From Octopus bimaculoides (taxonomy: Eukaryota): DNA of 64,000 nucleotides. The stretch is from contig NC_068982.1 in the NCBI RefSeq assembly GCF_001194135.2, positions 156,640,814-156,704,813 on the forward strand. The letters run 5' to 3'. A program made the translations under genes and the position numbers. Below the pieces are notes generated by a model that made no database searches, had not been told where the DNA came from, and worked only from the letters and a program-made list of their open reading frames with translations. Below, piece by piece: positions 36,461 to 50,749 of this stretch. Numbering within the stretch: the stretch's first letter is position 1; each line of letters begins with the position of its first letter.

Positions 36461-36509
36461 GAGATTCTGGCGAATTTCAAGCGTATATATCTGTCTTAAA
36501 TGGGAACAG
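36461..36509 (+). CDS. Candidate exon 3' part emerging from a gap (DSGEFQAYISVLNGN)
   Basis: Open non-repetitive frame ending at consensus CAG|gtaacc; the acceptor would lie in gap 36272-36460. Confidence 0.25.
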
Positions 36510-36639
36510 GTAACCCAACGTGCGAAATTTTACTGAGATTCTTGTTTGCATTATTTGTGTTCCTTACTCTCTGAGATTTAATCCACTAGTTTTGAAAGTC
36601 AATGTAAGCAGTTCTGTTATTGTGCTTTTCATTCTCCTC

Positions 36640-36645
36640 TTTCTT

Positions 36646-36717
<72 letters not shown>

Positions 36718-36726
36718 TATTTCTTC

Positions 36727-36761
<35 letters not shown>

Positions 36762-36765
36762 TGTC
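36640..36765. repeat. (TTTC)n microsatellite
   Basis: Read directly. Confidence 0.95.
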
Positions 36766-36926
36766 TCTATCCCTTTTCTCCTTCTCTCTGTATATATGTA
36801 TCTATGTCTATTTGTCTATATCTATAACTATGCGCATATATGAACGTACTTATATCCGCACATTATATATACATGCGTATATGCTAATGTTTATCTGTAG
36901 ATTATACAGATACATACATACACATG

Positions 36927-36977
<51 letters not shown>

Positions 36978-37426
36978 CTCCCTCCCCCTCTCCCCCCTCT
37001 CTCTATATATATGTATGTATATCATATACATACCCACATACCCACGCATTCATTTTGTGACTTTGTCCAATCTACCTTATGAATAGGACGGCATCCTCAT
37101 ACTCACTAAAAACCTGCCGAACCTCTCCCATCTCATATAATACTGCCTCAAATAAAGTTAATGACTCTTTGGATAATTTAGGAATAAACATATTTCGTCC
37201 TAGGAAGAGTAGGCGGAGTTGTTATGGATGGATGGCTTTTGATCATAAGTTTACTCGATCAGAACTGATTTAGACTCAACAATAACATCAGAACATCACC
37301 ATCAACATCATCGTCGTATTCGTTGCCCCTGACGCTGCCGTCTTTATCATCTTCGCTGTCGACATCATCATCATCATCATCATCATCATTAGCCCTTTCC
37401 AGTCTTCATCTGTGCTCATGCAATAA

Positions 37427-37457
<31 letters not shown>

Positions 37458-38386
37458 GTAAATAAATGGTTGGTTGGAGGGCGATAATAATATTTGATTC
37501 TTGGAAGTTAATCATAGTTAATTCGGTGAGAAAACTGTCTCTTGCTCAAATTTCTCAATTTCCATAGTGTAGAAACGAAAACAATTTGCCTAATATCGAA
37601 TCCAAGCTGTTTTAAATATTATTTTGATTAAATAAATAGTTCTAACTAGAGAATTTAGCGCAAAAGCCAATTGTAGGTAATTTCATTATTTTCGAATTTA
37701 AAGAAAAATAAACCAGATAAAATTGAAGGTGATGTAGCTAAGACGGGCGGCAACTCTTACTGATCAAATTGAATTAAATATTAAGTTATAAGAAGTGGAC
37801 GTTTCTCTGAGATTCTGTTTCATTTAAAATAGCAACATATAAAGTCAATTATGGAAACAACCTCGGAATGGTGTTTCGGAATTGCAATAAAATGGTGTAA
37901 AATGGTGTGTTTTGATAAATGAAAGGAAATCAGAGAGGTGTTGTTAAAGAGTAATGAGTAGTTGGAGAGAAATGGGAGTTAGAGATTGATAAATTTAATG
38001 AAAGATTAGATAGATAGATAGAGAGAGAGAGAGGGGGGGGGAGAATAAGACAAAACATAGAGAAAAAGGGAGGAAGAAGCGAAGGAGGGAGTCAAAGAGT
38101 GTTGGATTATATTAACAGTTTTGCTTGGTTTTATTCTATTTGCTGTAAGTTTTCAAAGCATTCACAAATGTATGTTACGAATGTATGTTTGTATGTATGT
38201 ATGTATGTATGCACGTATGTATGTATGCATGTATGTAAATATATATATATATACACACACACATGCATATTTACATACATACATAATATATACATATATG
38301 CATACACACACACACATATATATGTATATACATATATATGAGTGTATGTATGTGTGTATGCGTGTGTATGTGTATAAAATGTATTA

Positions 38387-38427
<41 letters not shown>

Positions 38428-38752
38428 AACAGACAGGTGTGTACGTATATGGTGTGTATGGAATCGAACGAAGAGAACTGGGGTAATAAATTGAGTAGAT
38501 TTTGATATTTGCAGATGAACAGTTAATGACTGAAGCGATCATTAATCTGAGTTTGGTATCTAATCAATGAGATTAATTTAATCACCATGGAGATTACGAT
38601 AATAGTTTGTCTGGTCCTTTCTTTACAGGTCCCGAAAGGAGAAAACCTAAAATAAAAAATTTCGCAACTTGCACATAAACCTATAAAAGAACATAGCTAA
38701 ATATCACAAAGGCATTTTGTTTGTTCGATCACAATAAATGTAGCTTGGAATA

Positions 38753-40010
38753 ATGAATAATGTTTCAGGCCTCTCAACGAAAGGGACTTTGCTTAAGGAC
38801 CATAAACCTAACTTTCTTATTGACCCCTCAATTAGATTGATTTATCTTTCTGAATCCGATATATGCAGTATTAGTAAAAATATCATTGATAGAGTAATAC
38901 CCGTCCTTAAGTCTAAAATTAGATTAGCCCTCTGGTCTGCTACTCAAGAGGTAGTTGGATGGTTCAAGCTTCTAGAAATTAGTAAGAATAGTAAATTCTT
39001 GCAACTAGATATAGAGAGCTACTATGCCATTATCAACCCGATCGTTCTTAATCAAGCCCTGATTTTATGTATGAAAAATTCCGATTTGTCCCAACGCGAA
39101 ATAAATATTATACTTGCCGCGCGAGCCACTCTAGTAGATTTTGATGGTAAATTATGGAGTAGATTAGATACGGAGAATGCATTTGATATAGCAATGGGTT
39201 CACATGATTCTGCATTGGCCAGTGACCTAGTCGGAATAAATATCCTTTCATTAATCCAGTCTTCTTTTCCTGAGGTAATAGGTGGTCTATATAGGGATGT
39301 GGCTTTATTTTTTCTAGATAGAAGTAGTAAAGTACATTTAGAAAGGCATAGGAAAAAATTCTTTAGACTTTTCAAAAATTTAGGACTGATTGTCGGAGAT
39401 TGAATTTTCTTGACGCTACCTTCTGTCTTGATTCTGGATTATTCGAACTATTTCATAAACCGAATGATCATATTAAATACATTAACGTAGCATCCAACCA
39501 TCCACCCTCGATTATACGGGGACTAGTTAAGAATATTTCTATAAGAATCTCTAGATTATCTGCTGACAATTAAATTTTCGAATTTCATGCATCTTATTAT
39601 AATGCTGCTCTAGCTAGGGCTGGGTACCGTGAAAAAATTCAATATATACATGAAGCAGGCATACACAACACTGGTAATTTCTCCAACTGCGAAGCACATT
39701 GTATACCACCACAACGTTAGCGTTTGAGAACTCACTCAGATAAAGAATACAGACCAGAAAGAATTGATTATGTCAATGATCTACCAAAGAAAACTCAGAC
39801 ACACGCGACATAATAATTCAACTGCTTGTTCCAATCCTGTACAGCACACTCGATGAAATAAGCCTAACATCAAATATAGTAATCAGGATGTCCTCTGGTT
39901 CAACCCAATTTTCGGTTTGCATGTTTCAACCAAGATCGCTTGAAAATTTTTTACTACTTCTGACAAGTCTTTTCCTAAATCTAATCGGCATCATGCTAGT
40001 TTTAATCGAC
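38753..40010 (+). pseudogene. Penelope-like element (PLE) reverse transcriptase remnant
   Basis: ORF 38753-39403: LKDHKPNFLIDPSIRLI, LQLDIESYY, FDIAMGSHDSALASDLVG, GLYRDV (YRDD degenerate). Continues frameshifted as NFLDATF...KPNDHIKYINVASNHPPSII...AALARAGY and DVLWFNPIF...FPKSNRHHASFNRH, which are PLE RT palm/thumb motifs. Confidence 0.85.
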
Positions 40011-40374
40011 ACATCATCGACTCTACTCAATACTGTTTTCTCCTCACCCTTTTCTCTAATTGCCTTTTTCTCCCCTTCCCGTATTCCATCTGTATCACTC
40101 TCTCCCCTCTTTCTCTTTTTCTCTCTCTCATTACTCACACGTGACCATAGTCTATCTTTCTTTTCCTCCAAGGCTATCTTAAGGACTGGACGTATTGTAC
40201 CTCTCTCTTCTATCTTTTCTCTTTTCAAAGAAAATATTTCTCCAGCGTTCACTATTCTACCCTCCTTCTAGTATAACGGCCCTCCATGTTTGTTTTCATT
40301 CGGTTTCCTTGTATATCTTTACTATCCTGATTTTGTTCCCCGCTTTGACCCTCCATAAATCCCAAATTTTATTT

Positions 40375-40580
40375 CAGTACTTATGAGAGCAACTCCTTGA
40401 GTCATTCAATGCTCGAAATGTGGAATAGATAGACAGCAGACAACTGATGAAGTTCGTTCTCTGTGTTACTTGTCCTGTTTTCCATTTGTTTCTCTCTTTG
40501 TTTGAGTATGGAACTCACTTGTTTTCGTATGTCATGTTGTTTACTGTTAGTGACGTCCTGTAGCCATATATGCATATGTG
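40375..40580 (+). mobile_element. pLTR-like segment with degenerate hammerhead core, related to family E
   Basis: CUUAUGA-GAGC-(20 nt)-GCUC-GAAA at 40380-40418, then acagcagacaactgatgaag...cttgtcctgtttt...gacgtcctgtagccatatatgca, similar to family E. A related minus-strand fragment lies at about 59310-59390. Confidence 0.55.
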
Positions 40581-40586
40581 TGTATG

Positions 40587-40637
<51 letters not shown>

Positions 40638-40670
40638 AGTACCGACAATTCATATATATATATGGAGTAT

Positions 40671-40719
<49 letters not shown>

Positions 40720-40855
40720 CGAAGAAGTCACTATTGCTGATTCAGCATATCGGGATATCCACATAGCTGCAAGGCATAAACTATTAAAGAGAGTAATTTC
40801 TTCTATATTACTGAAGATTGTTAGGCAATACTCACTCTTCCTCTCTGTCTCTATC

Positions 40856-40927
<72 letters not shown>

Positions 40928-41362
40928 AATCTGTCTCTATCTCTCTACCTGTTTGTCAGTCTATCTCTCTGAGGCTCACCGTCACTCCTTTACTCGCTCC
41001 TCTATCTCTTTCCTTTTCACTTCNNNNNNNNNNNNNNNNNNNNNNNNNNNNNNNNNNNNNNNNNNNNNNNNNNNNNNNNNNNNNNNNNNNNNNNNNNNNN
41101 NNNNNNNNNNNNNNNNNNNNNNNNNNNNNNNNNNNNNNNNNNNNNNNNNNNNNNNNNNNNNNNNNNNNNNNNNNNNNNNNNNNNNNNNNNNNNNNNNNNN
41201 NNNNNNNNNNNNNNNNNNNNNNNNNNNNNNNNNNNNNNNNNNNNNNNNNNNNNNNNNNNNNNNNNNNNNNNNNNNNNNNNNNNNNNNNNNNNNNNNNNNN
41301 NNNNNNNNNNNNNNNNNNNNNNNNNNNNNNNNNNNNNNNNNNNNNNNNNNNNNNNNNNNNNN

Positions 41363-41406
<44 letters not shown>

Positions 41407-41814
41407 GTGTACATACATTCTCGCGTATATATAAATTGTATTGAGTTTAACATAAATCTTGGGAAGACAATGTATATTTACAAACAGTAGAATAAATAGA
41501 AGAGGTTTTAGACATACATTGGGATCTTAAGGTTTCATATATTAAACAGTACAAGCGTCAATATTTCTTATAATGTTTCTCTGATAATATTCCTTTGATA
41601 TATGATCAAAACGTCATGAACAAGACGTGGAGTTTCATTCGCATAGTTTCTGTACAGAAGTATCACGTACTTTCGAATACATTCAAATGTGCGCATATTT
41701 TAATAAAAGTCTATCTCAAGATATTCAGCACACACTCCACATTAATTGTCATAATAGTGTAAAAGTACATTGTACATTCTGATATGTATGTATGGATGTA
41801 CATTTATCCGTCCT

Positions 41815-42462
<648 letters not shown>

Positions 42463-42489
42463 TGTATATATGATAGAAGTAAATAGACA

Positions 42490-43400
42490 CCCTTATAATT
42501 ATTAAAAATTATTTAAATCTGAAATTATACATTGAAATTATTTATTAATTGTTATAATGTGCATCTTCAATATTTAGTAGACATATCCTTTGCATTTTTC
42601 AATGCAAGGACCCTATTAAGCAGGTTGCTAACCAGTTGACGAATATTCTTTTGTGGAATTTCTGGCCAAGTTTCATGCAGTAATCTCAAAAAGTTCTGGC
42701 TTTGAAGATGCTTTCCTCTACTTTTTATGAAGTGTTTTCTCCGTTATCTCCCAGAGGTATTCAATAGTGGTGACTGACTTGGCCATGGAGGTTTTTTAAT
42801 GCCATTCTCATCCAACAAATCTTGAGTAAGCCCATCTCTTTAAATAAGGAGTCATCTTTAATCATTTCACCACAGAAGATTGGTAGGAGTCCTTTTTGCA
42901 ATATGGACACATATTCATCTGAATTTATGCTTCCCTCACACTCCACCAGCTCTGATCAACCATTGCTCCAAATTGCTCCCCAGGCCATCGGAAAATAGCT
43001 GACGTATTTCATTATTGGCTGCAATCTTTTCACATCAAATTCTTGATCACAGAGTCTCCAGACACACACTCGACCACTGTCTGGAAATACAATGAATCTG
43101 GACTCATCAGAGGATATGACAGTGTTCCAAATTGCTAGTGGCCTCTCCACCATCTCGCTGGTCTTGTCTTTTCTCCGCTTGATGTTGGCTGGTCGAAGAA
43201 GTGACTTCCTACTTGCTGCTCTGCCATAGTAGCCAAGTTTGTGGAGATACCTGACAGCTGTTCTGGGATTGACATCAACTCGTTCTGCTATGTCAGAGGC
43301 CTTGCAACGAGGATTATCCGCCACACTTCTCTCAACGAAGATAATGGTCCTGTCAGAGGGCTCTGGTTGAGCCGGGCGAGATGATGTGTACTCCTTCCCG
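42490..43400 (-). mobile_element. Tc1 (DD34E-type) transposase remnant, 5'-truncated
   Basis: NPRCKASDIAERVDV..RTAVRYLHKLGYYGRAA.RK.LL, VISSDESRF (D1), AWGAIWSNG, GSINSDEYVSILQKGLLP; stop near 42574. Confidence 0.9.
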
Positions 43401-43821
43401 TCAGAATTAATAGTCAAGACTGTTTAAGCATTTTATCTGATCAAATCCATCCTATGGTTGCAGAACTATTTCCAGAGGAAAACGCAATCTTTCAAGAAAG
43501 ATAATGCACCAATTCACACAGCTTAAGTTGTTACTGAATGACATGAGGAATATTCTTATCTGGACACCACAGTCCCCAGATCTCAATATTATTGAACATT
43601 TATAGTGCATTTTAGAAAAACAAGTAAGGAGTCGATATCCTCTACCATCATCACTACAAGAACTGGAGACTGTTTTAACTGAAGAATGGACAAAAATTCT
43701 TTTGGAAACAATTCAGTTTTACGAGTCCATATCTCGTAGAATTCAAGCTGTAATTACTGCCAAAGGCGGTCCTACCCCATATTAAAATAAATTTGTTTAA
43801 AATTTTTTTGTCCAACCCCTG
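43400..43821 (+). mobile_element. 3' half of a second Tc1 element
   Basis: INSQDCLSIL.DQIHPMV...NAPIHTA...PQSPDLNIIEHL...SRRIQAVITAKGGPTPY*; ends tttgtccaacccCTG|TA. Confidence 0.9.
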
Positions 43822-45375
43822 TATGTTATGAACTTCATGAGCTTACAGCTGTTTCTACAGTGCGTTCAGAGTTGAGTGCTTGTGCAAAACCTTTTACCTT
43901 CTTCAGAGCTGCTGATATGACTGCATTTTCACCGCGTTTCATAGCAGTAACAACAATAAGGTAATGAAGTTCCAGTGTCATTTCTTTAGTTTCGTCATAT
44001 ATATATATATATATANNNNNNNNNNNNNNNNNNNNNNNNNNNNNNNNNNNNNNNNNNNNNNNNNNNNNNNNNNNNNNNNNNNNNNNNNNNNNNNNNNNNN
44101 NNNNNNNNNNNNNNNNNNNNNNNNNNNNNNNNNNNNNNNNNNNNNNNNNNNNNNNNNNNNNNNNNNNNNNNNNNNNNNNNNNNNNNNNNNNNNNNNNNNN
44201 NNNNNNNNNNNNNNNNNNNNNNNNNNNNNNNNNNNNNNNNNNNNNNNNNNNNNNNNNNNNNNNNNNNNNNNNNNNNNNNNNNNNNNNNNNNNNNNNNNNN
44301 NNNNNNNNNNNNNNNNNNNNNNNNNNNNNNNNNNNNNNNNNNNNNNNNNNNNNNNNNNNNNNNNNNNNNNNNNNNNNNNNNNNNNNNNNNNNNNNNNNNN
44401 NNNNNNNNNNNNNNNNNNNNNNNNNNNNNNNNNNNNNNNNNNNNNNNNNNNNNNNNNNNNNNNNNNNNNNNNNNNNNNNNNNNNNNNNNNNNNNNNNNNN
44501 NNNNNNNNNNNNNNNNNNNNNNNNNNNNNNNNNNNNNNNNNNNNNNNNNNNNNNNNNNNNNNNNNNNNNNNNNNNNNNNNNNNNNNNNNNNNNNNNNNNN
44601 NNNNNNNNNNNNNNNNNNNNNNNNNNNNNNNNNNNNNNNNNNNNNNNNNNNNNNNNNNNNNNNNNNNNNNNNNNNNNNNNNNNNNNNNNNNNNNNNNNNN
44701 NNNNNNNNNNNNNNNNNNNNNNNNNNNNNNNNNNNNNNNNNNNNNNNNNNNNNNNNNNNNNNNNNNNNNNNNNNNNNNNNNNNNNNNNNNNNNNNNNNNN
44801 NNNNNNNNNNNNNNNNNNNNNNNNNNNNNNNNNNNNNNNNNNNNNNNNNNNNNNNNNNNNNNNNNNNNNNNNNNNNNNNNNNNNNNNNNNNNNNNNNNNN
44901 NNNNNNNNNNNNNNNNNNNNNNNNNNNNNNNNNNNNNNNNNNNNNNNNNNNNNNNNNNNNNNNNNNNNNNNNNNNNNNNNNNNNNNNNACATATATATAT
45001 ATGTGTGTGTGTGTGTGTGTATATGTATATAAACATATATATATAATATACACATGCATACATTCATATAAATATATTGTCATTTTCCTTCTCTCTCTCT
45101 CTGTTATAAATATATCTGTGAGCCTTTATGCGTGTGACTATACGCACACAAGCACACCCGTGGGCACTTACAGCCTCACACACACAACAATCACACCCAA
45201 GCACATATTAATATGCCGAGATTTAGTATAAAATGTTACTTATCTGATTTCATTTTCACATATATGACAGAGTTATCTTTTGAGTATCGAGATAGGCACA
45301 CTAACATATAATATTGAGGCCTGTGAGCGTGTATGCGTAGGCATGTATGTTTGCATGTATGCATGTATGCATGCT

Positions 45376-45408
<33 letters not shown>

Positions 45409-45779
45409 GGTCCTCCACGCCAGCAGAAGATTTGATGGAGTGAAATTGTTTTTCAACAGGGTGGCCCCTATAGGAAATAAATGTCTTACCCAATAAATGG
45501 GCTTTATTCAGAAGGACTATTGGAAGGGACAAAAGGTGTTTTGTGTGCGGGACAAAAAAGAAATTCGTTTAAATATACGTGTTAACATGGAACGATGAGC
45601 GTGATAGGAGAACAGGCAAGAGAAAAAAATAAGGAAGTGGATTGAATGGTGATGCTATTTGGTGGTTCATCAATCATACAATTGTAGCAATTGACATAGA
45701 GAAAAACACACACGTATTAAATAGTATACGCAAACACACACACACAGAATCGCAATGTCCCCAAATACATATGTGTGCG

Positions 45780-45841
<62 letters not shown>

Positions 45842-46381
45842 ATGTATATATTCATACATATATATATTTATATACGTGTATATGTATATATATGTATATA
45901 TATANNNNNNNNNNNNNNNNNNNNNNNNNNNNNNNNNNNNNNNNNNNNNNNNNNNNNNNNNNNNNNNNNNNNNNNNNNNNNNNNNNNNNNNNNNNNNNNN
46001 NNNNNNNNNNNNNNNNNNNNNNNNNNNNNNNNNNNNNNNNNNNNNNNNNNNNNNNNNNNNNNNNNNNNNNNNNNNNNNNNNNNNNNNNNNNNNNNNNNNN
46101 NNNNNNNNNNNNNNNNNNNNNNNNNNNNNNNNNNNNNNNNNNNNNNNNNNNNNNNNNNNNNNNNNNNNNNNNNNNNNNNNNNNNNNNNNNNNNNNNNNNN
46201 NNNNNNNNNNNNNNNNNNNNNNNNNNNNNNNNNNNNNNNNNNNNNNNNNNNNNNNNNNNNNNNNNNNNNNNNNNNNNNNNNNNNNNNNNNNNNNNNNNNN
46301 NNNNNNNNNNNNNNNNNNNNNNNNNNNNNNNNNNNNNNNNNNNNNNNNNNNNNNNNNNNNNNNNNNNNNNNNNNNNNNNNN

Positions 46382-46468
46382 GTTCAGTCCCACTGCGTGG
46401 CACCTTGGGCAAGTGTCTTCTACAATAGACTCGGCCCACCAAAGCCTTGTGAGTGGATGTGGTAGCTT
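46382..46468 (+). mobile_element. SINE family D fragment
   Basis: gttcagtcccactgcgtggcaccttgggcaagtgtcttctac...ccaaagccttgtgagtgga. Confidence 0.85.
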
Positions 46469-46687
46469 GTGTGTGTGAGTACTTGTCAAATGCGACAAGT
46501 ACATCCCACCATATAATTGTAGCATCGCTTTCTTTGTTTGTTTCTTTCTTCTTTCGTTTTTTCTTCCTTTCTTCCTCTCACTCCTCTCTGTCTAAATTTA
46601 TGAGGTATAACTTCTAAAAAAGGCATGTTGTCAGAATCAGTACCACGCCGGCAAAAAAAAAAAAAATTAAAAAAAAAAAAAAATTTT

Positions 46688-47088
46688 AAATGCTTAACAA
46701 AATTTCTTCTGACTCTACGTTCTGAGTCCAAATGCCGCCGAGTCGACTTTGCTTCTCATCCTTTCGGGGTCGATAAAACAAATACTATTTGGGTGCTGGA
46801 ATCGATGTAATCGACTTACCACTATAAAATGGTGGCCTTGTGCCAAAATGTAAAACCAATATAGATACAAACATAAAAGGCGGTGAGTGTGCAGAATCGT
46901 TATCATACTGGACTGGGCAAAATGTTGAACGACATTTCGTCCGTTCTTACGTTCTGAGCTTAAATTTCGCCAAGGTCAACTCTGCCTTTCATCCTTTCGG
47001 ATTCGATAAAATGCATATCATTTATGTACTGAAGTCAATGTAGTTACCTTATCCCCTCCCCTGCCTTGTGCTAAAATTTGAAATCATT
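46688..47088 (+). mobile_element. SINE family A, two head-to-tail copies
   Basis: 46688-46862 and 46877-47088 (aaggcggtgagtgtgcagaatcgtta...gttctgagcttaaatttcgcc...gcctttcatcctttcgg..tcgataaaa). Confidence 0.88.
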
Positions 47089-47479
47089 ATTGATAGAGAC
47101 AAATTTCCGACACTTACTTGAGCACTCAGCATCAAAACACGGAACAAACAACTCGATGTATTTATCCCACGTATTATCACTTCCACTAAGCCATCACTTT
47201 TGAGTGGTACTTTATTTTACTGACCCCGTAAGGATGAAGATGAAAGCTGAACTCCAAACTTAAAATCCCGGAACAAATACATCAATTATGCCAAGTCAGT
47301 TTTATAATTTTTATCGTTTTATTCACAGTAATTTCAAAGTTTCGGCGAATATATAGCTTATTCAGACTGTCAGTTTGAATCTGCAAGTTATTAAGTTGAC
47401 GATCTATAAAGTAATTGTATATGTATCAGACTAAAAGTTCCTGTATTGTGTCCTTTCAATCAATGTTCGTGGTCTTTAT

Positions 47480-47640
47480 ACATAGCGGACTTCTTCAAGT
47501 TTCCGTCTACCAAATTCATCCACAAACTTTTGTTGGCCTACTCTAATAGCAGACTCTCGACAAAAGTGCTGCGCCGTGGAACTGAAACCAAGAATATATG
47601 GTTGGGAAACAAGCTTCTGAACGTCATAACCGCGCATATA
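47480..47640 (-). mobile_element. SINE family D 5' half
   Basis: cttcttcaagtttccgtctaccaaatt...gcgccgtggaactgaaacc...atatggttgggaaacaagcttct. Confidence 0.8.
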
Positions 47641-47710
47641 TTGTTAGAGAGAATTTACTTAATTTAATGGAACTGGGAGAGAAATTTAATTTCTATTTTT
47701 AGCCCTTGTC

Positions 47711-48210
47711 CACTGGTGGGGAAACTTTGCAGTGCTTCGGGCAAAAATTTCAAAAAAAAAAGGTCTGCTAGCAGATCACAGGTTCTAACTCTTATATCTA
47801 TGTATAATTTGATATACATTAATAAAAGATAGGTTTAACACATTAAATTAACGCGTAACATCTTCATTAAGGCTTCCACTGAATTTAGGACGTTTATATT
47901 ACTTAAGAAGTATTCGATTTTTTTCAGCTAAAGTGTAGTTGGGTCTCAAGTGGGTATAAACCTAGCAATATGTGTTTTATGGTGAAAACAAAATTTCCAT
48001 TCAAATGGCAATTACCGGACAATTTCTGACCATTTTAAGTTGTAGTAGAAACGCAATCTATGTCGCAAATAGGTATACGAATATTGTATAAATTTCGATT
48101 GAAAAATTTATTATATTTTGTACATGTGAGTATATCAACCTGCGAGCACAATAAAACGGGCTCGCGGGCGCAGTTGCGCCCGTGGGTGGGGCTGTAGCCG
48201 AATCCTAACA
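47711..48210. mobile_element. Decayed hAT-type MITE with a GC-rich subterminal hairpin
   Basis: 5' cactggtggggaaactt (compare CAGGGGTCGGCAAAC); 3' gcgggcgcagttgcgcccgt hairpin, then gtagccgaatcct (compare GTTTGCCGACCCCTG). Confidence 0.45.
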
Positions 48211-49483
48211 GCAAACTTACAATTAGATGTAATCCAGTATTAGAGGTATTCCAAGGCTATTAATTCTTGAGATCGAATCTATATTAAACCAAATTATCTA
48301 ATGTGTCTTCCCATTTTTTTAAGACGGTAGAATGGTGTGATTTGGTTGGGATTTTACAAGTATTTCTAACAACTCATGCTCCACATACAGACTCCCTCAT
48401 TGGCTCCTGTAAAGTTGTTACTATAGATTGGTGGAGTATTATATATGCTCTCGTTGTTTTGTTCCAGGTTAACTCCAAACAAACAGAGCTATGAGTAAAG
48501 ACATTCAGCCGTGATATTCCAGTCTTATTTTTGATCAGATATTGTGTGTCTAGGAGAACATTATTTAATGAATTTTTTTAAAAGAAACTTTTTCCTAAAA
48601 GGATGTTATATAAGGGATCCTTGACTACTGTTTCTCGTTTGTTTTCTAGCCACCGAGAAGCCCCTTTACCGTCTCATAATAGGTTGAATTCTGACCATTG
48701 CTGTAAGAAGATGGAGACGGCATTGTAATAACCAACAAGAATAGAAGGAGTAGGAGTAACTGAAGAAGAAGAGCGTAAGGGGAAAACTGAAAGGAGAAAA
48801 GGATGGCGAGTGGGGAGAAAGGAGAAGAGAGCGGAGGAGAAGTAGGGGTATAAGAGGAGCAAAGGAAGTGTTTTTGTATGTTTCCTTTTTTCTTTTTTGC
48901 TTTTCTTTAATAGACTTTGCATGGCTGGTGGAGGTTAACGAATCGGAACGGCTGGGGAATATATATTGAGTGTATAAGGGGGCGGAATACTAGAGGTAAA
49001 GTAAAACCCACAAAACAGTATGGTGAATTAGGGAAAGAAGAATAAATGAGAGAAAAAATAAATAGCAAAATAGAAGGAAATAAAACTGAGGAAAGAGGGG
49101 CAAAAGACGCACACACACACACACACACACACTCTTTTACTCTCTCCCATACACAAACACATGCACACGCGCACACACAAACATGTGTTTGTCTGTGTGC
49201 GAATATAAGGTTGTAAGGTTAAGANNNNNNNNNNNNNNNNNNNNNNNNNNNNNNNNNNNNNNNNNNNNNNNNNNNNNNNNNNNNNNNNNNNNNNNNNNNN
49301 NNNNNNNNNNNNNNNNNNNNNNNNNNNNNNNNNNNNNNNNNNNNNNNNNNNNNNNNNNNNNNNNNNNNNNNNNNNNNNNNNNNNNNNNNNNNNNNNNNNN
49401 NNNNNNNNNNNNNNNNNNNNNNNNNNNNNNNNNNNNNNNNNNNNNNNNNNNNNNNNNNNNNNNNNNNNNNNNNNNNNNNNNNN

Positions 49484-49519
<36 letters not shown>

Positions 49520-50698
49520 AATCAACCTGAAATATAACATTAAAATACATATAAATAAATAAATAAATAAATAAGTAATTATATGTACAAATAAATACAT
49601 GAATACAGACATAAATGCGAAGCCCCTGAAATGGTGAGCAAAAGAAAGTAATGTATATAAAGCGAAGCGTGTGATTGATGGACAAACAAGAAATTTGCTA
49701 AGGTGTGTCCCGCCGTTTATGCCACCCACAATCACTAAAGCGGGTGTATGTGGTGAATTTAGGGGTACAGGCAAACAACACAGACATAAGCGCGCTCACA
49801 CTGACATATACAATATCTGTCTGTATGCGTCTGAGTGCGTGATTATTTGCATGTGTTTGTTTTCCTGTATACGTGTATTTGGAGGCGTTTAAACGGAGTT
49901 TATGGCAACTACTTAATATAAATGTCCCTCTTCACGCAGCCATCCCCGAATAAAGTAAAAGTATATACGATCATTAAGCGATCAGGTTGGGATATGAGGG
50001 TATTTTGAGTTGCACGTTGTGTGCCACATTCAACTCTTAGAATAATATAATATAGAATAATATAATTACACACACACACACAAAGAGATAAACACACACA
50101 CACATACACACACACACGCACAGATACATATGTATGTGTATATATATATATATGTATAAATGTATTATTTAATTGAACGCCATGCATCCGTTTCCAAGTA
50201 AGTGTATATATATATATATATATATACACATACATACATATATATATAAATATATATATATATATACATACATACATACGTACGTACATATATATAAATA
50301 TATATACATACATATATATATATATACATATATATATANNNNNNNNNNNNNNNNNNNNNNNNNNNNNNNNNNNNNNNNNNNNNNNNNNNNNNNNNNNNNN
50401 NNNNNNNNNNNNNNNNNNNNNNNNNNNNNNNNNNNNNNNNNNNNNNNNNNNNNNNNNNNNNNNNNNNNNNNNNNNNNNNNNNNNNNNNNNNNNNNNNNNN
50501 NNNNNNNNNNNNNNNNNNNNNNNNNNNNNNNNNNNNNNNNNNNNNNNNNNNNNNNNNNNNNNNNNNNNNNNNNNNNNNNNNNNNNNNNNNNNNNNNNNNN
50601 NNNNNNNNNNNNNNNNNNNNNNNNNNNNNNNNNNNNNNNNNNNNNNNNNNNNNNNNNNNNNNNNNNNNNNNNNNNNNNNNNNNNNNNNNNNNNNNNNN

Positions 50699-50749
<51 letters not shown>

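Noticed and set aside
39926-40252. K/E/R-rich 108-aa minus ORF next to the PLE
   Set aside because: It is the antisense of a CT-rich tract; the composition explains the ORF.
48160-48200. GC-rich hairpin as a Helitron 3' end or a terminator
   Set aside because: No CTRR|T terminus at the expected spacing; the context fits a hAT MITE subterminal palindrome.
49672-49681. TGATTGATGG, the canonical Pbx-Hox site
   Set aside because: A single 10-mer is not improbable in 64 kb, and no adjacent Meis TGACAG site was seen.
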